Assembly (NCBI RefSeq): GCF_006345805.1 | Contig: NW_021828157.1 | Location: forward strand, 1-8,961 | DNA: 8,961 nucleotides | Direction of reading: 5' to 3' | From: Octopus sinensis | Taxonomy: Eukaryota | Shown here: in pieces, positions 1-8,682 of the stretch | Layout: each line of letters begins with the position of its first letter | Numbering within the stretch: the stretch's first letter is position 1 | Notes under the pieces: generated by a model | What the model was told of the DNA's origin: nothing | Database searches by the model: none | The model's input: only the letters and a program-made list of their open reading frames with translations | Program-made: the position numbers and the translations under genes

Positions 1-31
1 AATGAGAGAGACACAGGGGAGAGAGAGAAAC

Positions 32-110
<79 letters not shown>

Positions 111-122
111 CAGACAGACAGA
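1..122. repeat. Compound purine microsatellite (GA)n/(GATA)9/(GA)n/(GACA)n
   Basis: Read directly: GATA x9 at 33-68, GA run at 69-110, GACA units at about 109-122. Confidence 0.97.
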
Positions 123-550
123 TAAATAGGCAGAGACAGACAGAAAAACGCATAAAGATAATGTCAAAATATTCTGTCATATGGCGCCTTCAATTTAAAT
201 AGTTTAAATTTAGAATAAATTACCTTTTAAAAAGTTTTGTAGAACACATTTTTTGTGCATCTGGGGCAAAGAGATGTGAATCTTTATTTGGATAGAACAG
301 ATAGTTGACGCATATGCTTCCGAATACAAATCCGAAGTTATGAAAATACCAAAATAAAAAAAATAAAAAAACAGAAAGTGAAGCACTGACATTTATCAGA
401 AAAATATTCGATAAAAAAATCAAATAAATTAAATTAGGCGGAACTATGATGACGTCAATGTGAAATAGGACACAAAAATTGAAGATTCGCGAAAATAAAA
501 ATGCAAACTAGAGCACATTATTCGTTGAAACTGTAGATCATCAATCTTAT

Positions 551-1105
551 CTTTTATTTGTTTCAGTCATTAGACTGCAGACATGCTGGAGCGCCACCTT
601 GCAGGGTTTTTAGACGAACAAATCGACACCAGCACATAACATTTAAAGTTCTATTCTTATTCTAAACGTATCTTTTGCTGAATCGCAAAGTTAAGCAGAC
701 TTAAACCTATTTCTTTACTACCCGCAAGGGGCTAAGCACAGAAGGGATAAACAAGGACAGACAAACGGATTAAGTCGGTTATATCGACCCCAGTGCGTAA
801 CTGGTACTTATTTAATCCATCCCGAAAGGATGAAAGGCAAAGTCGACCTCGGCGGAATTTGAACTCAGAACGTAACGGCAGACGAAATACGGCTACGCAT
901 TTTCGCCCGGTGTGAACAATTGGTGGGAGAGGAACAAATGCAGACACCCCCACACATACACACACCACGACACACGCACACAGTTTTCGCCTACCACATT
1001 CATTCATAAAGCATTGGGCAGCCCGGGTCTATAGTAGAAGAGACCCAAAATGGGACGGAATTACATGATTGTAAAGCGAACTTCTTTACCACACTACCTT
1101 GCGTC
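551..1105 (-). mobile_element. Diverged tRNA-derived SINE, family A, interrupted by a family B SINE
   Basis: The reverse complement of 551-706 matches the 3' part of the in-window copy at 5940-6332 (CCAGCATG...TGACTGAAACAA.TAAAAG). The reverse complement of 914-1105 matches its 5' part (G(G/A)CGC..GTGTGGTAA...TCTTCTACTATAG, plus the internal TG tract). Confidence 0.88.
709..913 (-). mobile_element. SINE family B, 5'-truncated, nested in SINE A
   Basis: The minus strand has a B-box-like GAGTTCAAATTCC followed by GAGGTCGACTTTGCCTTTCATCCTTTCGG...AAATAAGTACCAG, a conserved SINE central-domain motif I recall from octopus SINEs. A second in-window copy lies at 3034-3080 (38/47 identical, inverted). 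Confidence 0.88.
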
Positions 1106-1155
1106 TATGCCAAGCTTGTTTAAAGAAATGGAATTGCATCATATATTTAATAACA

Positions 1156-1640
1156 GAACCAGATTATCTTTCCCCTTCTAATTCTCTTCGGGTTCCACGT
1201 GGCCTTTCCTCCATATATACTAACCTCTTAGTGAATCCACTCCTCGCGAATACTTCGTTATAATGGCGGCGTCCCTGTTGAAGATCTCTCTCTCTACTGC
1301 TAGCTTAGAGATTCTTCTGCTTATGCCTGTGACGATGTTTCTAATTATAGCTGAGGGTGTCTGGAACTTCTGTGGATATACGCAGTTTCCTTGTTGGGTT
1401 TACTGTAAGAGTAGTACTTCTCCAATTATAGATTTTAAGGTTAGGTCCAAGAAGTCAACGTTTGCCAAATTGGTATGACTGTTAAGGACAAGCTGAATTC
1501 TTTGAAAACCTTTATCGGACCCTTCTTGAACGACATGGCCGTTAATATGGCTTTAGAAAGCCAGCCTCTTGTCCCTATATAGGATCGAGGTATGGGGGCG
1601 CGTGTTCTTCCTTATCCAGGACAAATAACCCGATGAAGTC
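1156..1640 (-). mobile_element. Decayed Penelope-like element reverse transcriptase/thumb fragment, possibly Naiad-type
   Basis: Manual translation across at least 6 frameshifts and one TAA: DFIGLFVLDK..LYRDKRLAF* (YRD at 1579-1571, the degenerate YRDDGL catalytic motif)..IKVFKEFSLSLTV..TNLANVDFLDLTL (VDFLD at 1459-1445)..YYSYSKPNKETAYIHRSSRHP..AIIRNIVTGISRRISKLAVEREIFN..YNEVFARSGFTKRLVY..RRGKIIWF (IIWF at 1167-1156). Motif order and spacing match PLE RTs of the YRDDGL/NFLDVT/SNHPP/IIWFNPP type. Confidence 0.85.
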
Positions 1641-1727
1641 CTTGACCAAAATACTGTGCAGTGGGACTGAACATGAAATCACGTCATTGTAAAGCGAAAA
1701 TCTTTACCACACAGCTATGCTTGCACC
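1641..1727 (-). mobile_element. SINE family A 5' head fragment (pol III A/B box region)
   Basis: The minus strand reads GGTGCAAGCATAGCTGTGTGGTAAAG...ATGTTCAGTCCCACTGCACAGTATTTTGGTCAAG, colinear with the head of 5940-6025, then switches into the PLE fragment. Confidence 0.85.
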
Positions 1728-1912
1728 TATACTAAGCCTGTGAAAAGAAATGGAACTAAATCTAATATCCAGTAGAGTCTGTTCCTGTATTTATGGCAAC
1801 TTTATTCTTCCATACTTAGAACAACGTTAATGATATGCGCAAATGTGGCGTATCTGTAATGTACTGGAATGTATGTGTGTTGGTAGACGTTTCTAGAAGC
1901 TTGTGTTTATCT

Positions 1913-2255
<343 letters not shown>

Positions 2256-2596
2256 AAGTGATTACTTATTAACTATTTATTTAACATAGTTTTTGCTCCC
2301 CACCAGCCTTTATTTTATATTTTTTTTCGTAGCTGTTTTTGCAGCGTGTCATCTGATCTCTGCCTTCTTTCTCTCCGAAGAACTATTTCATTCAATGATG
2401 GAAAAACAATAGTCTGGAGAAACGAGCAATGATTTACGCCGAAGAAAAAACAAATACACATAAAAACGAACTAAGGAGGAAGCCACACAGTTATTCCTGG
2501 GTCGGCGGCAAGAAATAGCAGTCAAATCTCCCTTATACAACACCCTACTGTCTTGAAAACAATGGAAGAATAATAGATTGGATAATGTAGCTGTAG

Positions 2597-2681
2597 ATAC
2601 ATGAGGGCTAAAATGAAAATTCGTGATGGCCACGGCTGGACTGCTTTTGATCAGGCTGACTGGATGAAAAATTTACTGTGA
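2597..2681 (+). pseudogene. Possible ankyrin-repeat-like coding remnant or terminal exon
   Basis: YMRAKMKIRDGHGWTAFDQADWMKNLL* aligns without gaps to the ankyrin consensus GADVNAKDxxGxTxLxxA. TGA at 2679-2681 overlaps AATAAA at 2681-2686. The acceptor AG at 2595-2596 lacks a pyrimidine tract. Confidence 0.2.
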
Positions 2682-2772
2682 ATAAAATATTTAAAGTTCA
2701 TATGTCGTGAGGGAAGGTCACAGCTGATTTTTCAGGTAGAGCTGTTGTTTGAACAAATGCCAAATGCGAAGC

Positions 2773-2942
2773 TGCGTGTGCGTGTGTGTGCGTGTGTGTG
2801 TGTGCGTACGTGCGCGTGTGTGTGTGTGTGTGTGTGTGTTGTGTTGTAAGTGAGTGTATGTGTGTGCGCGCGCGTGTGCTTGCGTGCGAACGCGCATGGG
2901 TGTATGCAGAGCTGTGCGTATGTGCGTACATGTGCGTGTATG
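2773..2942. repeat. Degenerate (TG)/(CG)/(TGCG) alternating purine-pyrimidine tract
   Basis: Read directly. Confidence 0.93.
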
Positions 2943-3006
2943 AAGGCTTCAAACGAATTTCGCTAAAATATGTTCTACTCTATTCATAGCTCTTTCCACG
3001 ATACCT

Positions 3007-3082
3007 CGTGGTATTTGTTCCTACCCTTGTGCACTGAATTCAAATCCTACCGAGGTCAGCTTTGCTGTTCATCCTATCGGAG
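3007..3082 (+). mobile_element. Old SINE family B fragment
   Basis: 3034-3080 is 38/47 identical to the reverse complement of 822-868. Confidence 0.75.
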
Positions 3083-3348
3083 TTTGGTCTTAGTGCGTGG
3101 ATTAGCAAAACTGATGAAACGTCGAACGAGATCCTTTGCTATATATATATATACATGTTCCGTTCTCTACCTTCTGGCAGAAACGCATGCGATGGCATAT
3201 TTGCCAAGCTGTATCAGCCTGAAAATAGCAGGCTTTTCTTTGGACAACATCAGTGACCAGGAAAAAAAATACTAGTTGCATTTACATGCATGGAGAACTG
3301 GTCATCTTCCTCATTTAAAACTTTACCCAGGATTGTGCATGCAGTGAA

Positions 3349-3534
3349 GCGTGAGACCGGGTGTGAAAAGGCTGGCCCTTTGAAATACAGGTACTATTCA
3401 TTTTTGCCAGATGAGTGGACTGGAGCAACGTGAAATAAAGTGCCTTGCTCAAGGACACAACGCATCGCTGAGAATCGAACACACGACCATACGATCGTAA
3501 GTCGAATGCCCTAACCACTAAGCCACGCGCCTTC
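3349..3534 (-). mobile_element. tRNA-derived SINE family C with an Arg-tRNA-like head, probably 3'-truncated
   Basis: The minus strand reads GAAGGCGCGTGGCTTAGTGGTTAGGGCATTCGACTTACGATCGTATGGTCGTGTGTTCGATTC. A box is at 3525-3515 and B box at 3480-3472, followed by the CORE-like GTGTCCTTGAGCAAGGCACTT...GCTCCAGTCCACTCA. There is no acceptor stem, so it is not a tRNA gene. It probably belongs to a described octopus SINE family (OK/OR1/OR2), but I cannot say which. Confidence 0.88.
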
Positions 3535-3738
3535 ACTACTTTTATATTACACTACAGAAGACGGCACGGATTATAATTTTGCATGACTTATAGAATTGTC
3601 GCTGTTTAGTTACGTATTTAGGAGGGGTTGTAATTTGCTTATGGAATTTATTTATCGATACGGCTGTACATTTGGGTAAATGTTTTTGAAAGTTGTGGTT
3701 TCTTTGGTTTGTCTGTTCCCAAACAACGCTTATTTTAG

Positions 3739-3819
3739 TGCTGTTGACACCGCCGGGTTGAATGGTACTGCCCAGGTGTCGAAACCATAAGGACATCCGT
3801 GAGGCAGCTGATGATGGAG
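3739..3819 (+). CDS. Candidate small exon of an unknown gene
   Basis: Acceptor CTTATTTTAG (AG at 3737-3738), donor GAG|GTATGT (GT at 3820-3821), locally GC-richer. Only ATG 3762 gives an open frame to the donor (MVLPRCRNHKDIREAADDG, phase 1). All three frames starting at the acceptor hit stops. Confidence 0.2.
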
Positions 3820-3950
3820 GTATGTTGGATCGTTGGTAATGTATATAAATGTGGATTAGTATAATTGGATTGTTGGTATGGCTGTAAAATAGTATTATAA
3901 CACATCCTCTTGATATATATATATATAGCTTTTAAATTTCTTTATCGGGA

Positions 3951-4372
3951 AACGTTTTGAACATGCAAATAAAACTCCTATTCTATTATGCCTGTCACAG
4001 TCTAATGCTGACTGGTGAACTAGTTTTCCGGGGTTGCATCGAACTGTGCCGATATAATGTAGGCGAAATATAATAATAATAACAATAATCCTTGGTTGGA
4101 ATTTATAAACATTTAATGCATCGCTACGCACATTTCATCCCAATCTGTAATCATCCCAGAAACGTGTGGTTTGTGGAAACGTGCGTAGCGATGCATTAAA
4201 TGTTTACAAATTCCATCCCATACAAATTCCATTATTGTTATTATTATATGCATTCTAGATTATATCGGTACAGTTCGAGATTGTAACCCCGAAAAACTAG
4301 TTCACTAGTCAGCGTCATTAGACTATGGCCAGCATAATAGAATAGGAGCTTTATTTGTACATTCAAAACGTT
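3951..4372. mobile_element. Foldback/MITE-like palindromic element 1
   Basis: Inverted arms at 3951-4136 and 4176-4372 with a 39-nt spacer. The right end reads TTCAAAACGTTG|TATATA. (TA)n lies on both sides (3913-3927 and 4374-4388). Confidence 0.9.
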
Positions 4373-5323
4373 GTATATATATATATATGATAGAGAGAGG
4401 GGGAGTCAGAAGGACCGATATACCAATAGAGAGAGCAGAGAGAGTAATCCGTGCATCACACTCGAACAAGATGCAACACTAGCAGTATTTGTCCTGAGAC
4501 CGTATCTCCTATAGATGTACAGTGTTATATAAGACACAAAAATATATTAGTAGCAGACGAAAATCGTTTAGAAGCAATAAGATCTCTAATTGCACATTTC
4601 TTCTGAGTGGACTTCGTCTGTCGCAAGTATACAATAGTAGCCACCAGACAAAATCCGCCCTCACTGATTGAAAATCACCAGTGTTGCAATTAGCTGACTG
4701 CAGAAAAGTTTGTCTCCTAATGATATATTTTCGCATTTTTTTAAATATTGCACGTCCATAACTAAAACTGTCTCGTGACGAATAACGAAGTAGATTAGGC
4801 TTTTTATAATGCATCTCGATGCAAGTTTCATGCACGATTTGCTGCTTTAAGCTAATACTGATTCTATGCACATGAAAAACTTTGGTCCAACCGACCAGCT
4901 AGTTACAACATTGATAATTTTTCAATTAGTGTTTTACTAAATCGGTGCCAGTGAAATTTGTGTTGCCGGGCAATTTCCAGTGAATAATTGCTACTGATGA
5001 AACTCAACAAGGTAGAGATGTTGAAGAGTACTTGGTGAATCGTTGCCTTATTTTCCTTTCTCTTTCTGTAGGGCTACCAGTACATTAACTTTACACATTG
5101 TCAACATTTCAACATCTTACTGTATTTATATTGTATCAGATCTCTTACCTAAATATTATTTACTAGCATATAATTTTACTACGCGGATCGGAACTCAATT
5201 GATACTACTCCAGATTACGGGTTCGGACACGCACAAGGATTCACACTCATACACACTCATGCATATACGTGCGAGTGTTTTTACATTAGTATATGTTTGC
5301 AAGTATATATATTATATATATAT

Positions 5324-5654
5324 AAATCAAAATAAGCAACAGGGATATCCAGAGGTAATGCAGTGCGATCGTTTCATGCAACTCCATTTAAATGAACAAT
5401 GCAATCATTACATCAATTTAAATGCAGAGCAATCCTCAGCTGCACAAAGACAGAATTTAATTATATTTAAACAGATAGACACATTAGTATAATTATACCG
5501 AAAATATTTTATGTATAATTATGCTAATGCGTCCATCTGTTATAATTTAATTAAATTCTGTCTTTGTGCAGCTGAGGATTGTTCAATTACATGGAGTTGC
5601 ATGAAAAGATCGAACAACATTACCTCTGGATATCCTTGTTGCTTATTTTGATTT
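5324..5654. mobile_element. Foldback/MITE-like palindromic element 2
   Basis: Arms at 5324-5498 and 5513-5654 match at 129/142 aligned positions, apart from 33 nt present only in the left arm (5401-5433). The centre AAAATATTTT (5501-5510) is itself palindromic. A TA-rich tract lies at the left flank. Confidence 0.92.
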
Positions 5655-5742
5655 TAATCACCTTAGTTTGAAATTGTATGGATTATACCGTACTAAATTC
5701 TGGTGCCTCAAAATAAGTACCATATTCATCTGAATCTATTAA

Positions 5743-5817
<75 letters not shown>
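5743..5817. repeat. (CTAT)n tetranucleotide microsatellite, about 18 units
   Basis: Read directly. Confidence 0.98.
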
Positions 5818-5857
5818 CCTCGATCTACACATACCGTATATTCGTGACTAGATGAGA

Positions 5858-5859
<2 letters not shown>

Positions 5860-5939
<80 letters not shown>
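5860..5939. repeat. (AT)n microsatellite, 80 bp, abutting the SINE 5' end
   Basis: Read directly, with a single AA interruption at 5900-5901. Confidence 0.98.
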
Positions 5940-5941
<2 letters not shown>

Positions 5942-6332
5942 CGTAGGAGTGGCTGTGTGGTAAGTAGCTTGTTTACCAACCACATGGTTCCGGGTTCAGT
6001 CCCACTGCGTGGTACCTTGGGCAAGTGTCTTCTACTTTAGCCTTGTGAGTGGATTTGGTAGACGGAAACGGAAAGAAGCCCGTCGTATATATGTATATAT
6101 ATGGGTGTGTGTGTGTGTGTGTGTGTGTCAGTGTTTGTCCCCTCAACATCGTTTGACAACCGATGCTGGTGTGTTTACGTCCCCGTAACTTAGCGGTTCG
6201 ACAAAAGAGACCGATAGAATAAATACTAGGCTTACAAAGAATAAGTCCTGGGGTCGATTTGCTCGACTAAAGGCGGTGCTCCAGCATGACCACAGTAAAA
6301 TGACTGAAACAAGTAAAAGAGAGTAAAAGAGA
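5940..6332 (+). mobile_element. Near full-length SINE family A
   Basis: A box TGGCTGTGTGG at 5950-5960, B box GGTTCAGTCCC at 5993-6003, CORE-like CCTTGGGCAAG, internal TA/TG tract at 6085-6128, and a 3' tail ending in a repeated AGTAAAAGAG. Homologous copies are at 551-1105, 1641-1727 and 8829-8961. Confidence 0.93.
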
Positions 6333-6372
6333 ATATAACCGTGTGCTCGCATGTTTCTGTGTAATCATCTAG

Positions 6373-6468
6373 TCTCTCTCTCTCTCTCCTCTCTTCCTCT
6401 TCCTCTTTCTCTCTATCTCCTTCTCCTTCATACACACACATACACACACACACGGACACACGGACACA
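6373..6468. repeat. Compound (CT)n/(CA)n low-complexity tract
   Basis: Read directly. Confidence 0.92.
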
Positions 6469-6612
6469 CTGTCAGGTTTTCTGTTTGGCGCCGAGCTGAC
6501 CTTTTTAATTAGTGTTTGGACAGGGAAAGGTTACATGTTTCAATCTATATCCTAATCTGAAACAACTGCCTCATTAAGGCATATAGATCAAGATAAAATT
6601 TCACCATGTCGT

Positions 6613-6672
6613 CTCTCCCCTCCCCCCTCTCTCTCTCTTGTGTGTGTGTGTCTGAGTAAGTGCGCGCGCACG
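6613..6672. repeat. Short compound CT/TG/CG microsatellite
   Basis: Read directly. Confidence 0.8.
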
Positions 6673-6850
6673 TTTGTGTAATTCCCAATTGCGATCGAAC
6701 GATATCTATCAGTGTATCTCTGCAAGTCAATTAATTTCTCTCCAAACTGCTTTGATATATCTTCCCTTTTCTTTCACAATTTATAGTCTCGCTCTATCAT
6801 TGACATATTTACAATATTTATCTATCGTACAAACTAACTCATTAATTATA

Positions 6851-7310
6851 TCCCTCTCTACATGTATCTCTCTCTCTCGTAATTTTCTCTTTAAATATTC
6901 ATTGGTCTTTCTCTCTCTTCTCTTAATTTTTTACCCTTTTTCTCTTTCATCTCTCACTACATACTTCTCTTTCTCTCTGTGTACATCTGTCTGTCTGTCT
7001 CTTTCTCTTTATATCTGTTTCTTTCTATCTTTTTTCTTACTTCATCTTTCTCTGAGTGTGTGTGTGTATGCATGCATCTTTCTTTGTTTCTAATTGTTGC
7101 CTTCTTTGTATCTCTCTTTTGCCGTCTCTCTCTCCTTCTGTCTCACTCCCACTCTCTCATCTGTCTCTCCCTCTGTCGTTTTTTGTGTCTCGTTTCTTCT
7201 CTCTTCTATTTCCCGCCCTCCCCTCTCTTCCTGTCTCTCTCCCCCTCTCTCTCTCTCTCTGTCTCTCTCTCTTCACACAGACTCTCTCCTCTATCGCTTC
7301 ATTTCCTCCT
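6851..7310. repeat. About 460 bp of degenerate (CT)-rich polypyrimidine sequence
   Basis: Strong C/T skew on the + strand with many TCTC units. Confidence 0.9.
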
Positions 7311-7354
7311 GATGAACACTAAAAAATGCCAAATATTCCGTCCATCATTTGTCT

Positions 7355-7377
7355 CACACACACACACACACACAGAC

Positions 7378-7430
<53 letters not shown>

Positions 7431-7524
7431 TACACACATATACACATACATAGTTCTCCCCTCCCACCGACACACCACACACACAAGCATGCAAGCACAC
7501 ATTCACACGCACACACACACGCAC

Positions 7525-7572
<48 letters not shown>
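7355..7572. repeat. Compound (CA)n then (TA)n microsatellite
   Basis: CA-rich at 7355-7523; pure TA at 7528-7572. Confidence 0.96.
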
Positions 7573-7574
<2 letters not shown>

Positions 7575-7748
7575 TCATATACACCCGCGCCACAATGTCA
7601 AATAGATTTTTTTTATGTTAAGACATATGTTTTGTATTATATAGAGTTTCTTTTTTTTATATTTATATTCTAATTTTTTTCTGTATTGCCACATTCCAGT
7701 CAGCGGTTGTATAGTGAAATAATGGCGAAGTTGGATCTTCTAGAGGCC

Positions 7749-7995
7749 CGCGCTCGCGCGCACACACTAACACACACATACACACGCACACACACACACA
7801 GTCACATACACTCACACCCACACACATACACTCACACACACACGGACGCATACACACACATACACATATATGCACACACATGTACACTTACACACACACG
7901 TATATTTATATACATAAATACTTACATACACATTTATATATATATACATATACATACATACACACACAGACAGACACACACACACACACACACGC

Positions 7996-8044
<49 letters not shown>

Positions 8045-8095
8045 CCCAATCCACATCTATATACTACATACATATATGCATATTTACATACATGA
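7749..8095. repeat. Compound CG/(CA)n/(TA)n/(TACA)n tract
   Basis: Read directly. Confidence 0.94.
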
Positions 8096-8403
8096 ATGTA
8101 TAAACACCCAGGCACTCAAAACAGCAGCATCTCTATCAAATTGGAGAACATAATAAACACCAACAGTGTGAATGGAAATACGGGTGAGTGTACATTGTAT
8201 TAATGTAGTACGCGTTAAAGACATTCACAGATCGACACGCATACGTACGCGCGCGCAAACACGCTTGCATAAAGAGATGCTCATGAGATGCTGGGATGCA
8301 ATGCTTATGAATCTACGGCTGTGTTGCTGGCATTGTATTGTACGGGACTGTGTTGTTATTGATACACAAACCTATATATCAAACGAGATGCGAGAGTGAG
8401 CGA

Positions 8404-8467
8404 GGGTGGGAGTGGAGGTGGGTCAAGCAGGGAGAGGGGGAGGGGAGAAAGGGGTGGTGGTGGTGGT
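8404..8467 (+). other. G-rich tract with a canonical G-quadruplex motif
   Basis: Seven runs of 3 or more G. 8430-8454 (GGG AGA GGGGG A GGGG AGAAA GGGG) fits G3+N1-7 x4, followed by (TGG)n. Confidence 0.75.
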
Positions 8468-8591
8468 AGAGAGAAAAGCGATATAGGTCTTTCTTTAGAA
8501 CGCTTTTCATTGATGACGTGACTAGACTCACTCGTATGACGCTTGTCTATCTACAGAAGTTAGACATTTTATATACTGTAAGTTACAGAAT

Positions 8592-8660
8592 CACACTAAC
8601 ACACACACACAGACACACACACACATACACACACATAAATACACATACAACACGCACACA
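8592..8660. repeat. (CA)n microsatellite
   Basis: Read directly. Confidence 0.93.
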
Positions 8661-8682
8661 ACGAAATATTCTATAAATCTCC

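Noticed and set aside
1263-1478. 71-aa + strand ORF
   Set aside because: It is the antisense shadow of the Penelope-like RT fragment.
2996-3011. Perfect 6-bp hairpin CCACGA-TACC-TCGTGG
   Set aside because: Too short; expected by chance in 9 kb.
3112-3128. CTGATGA..GAAC hammerhead-like core, with similar CTGATGA at about 3808 and 4994
   Set aside because: There is no GAAA in the right place with a pairing stem II, and no stems I/III with a UH cleavage site could be built.
3462-3534. tRNA-like sequence with A and B boxes
   Set aside because: It has no acceptor stem and runs straight into SINE body sequence, so it is a SINE head rather than a tRNA gene.
4509-4871. 120-aa minus-strand ORF
   Set aside because: No recognisable motif or supporting splice structure. 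The length is compatible with chance, though a blastx search would be needed to exclude it fully.
4981-5071. Possible 31-nt exon plus 60-nt intron (CAAG|GTAGAG...TGTAG)
   Set aside because: All three frames from the upstream AG contain stops.
5043-5492. 149-aa + strand ORF
   Set aside because: It starts at TTG inside a polypyrimidine tract and runs through CA/TA repeats into palindrome 2, with no protein-like features.
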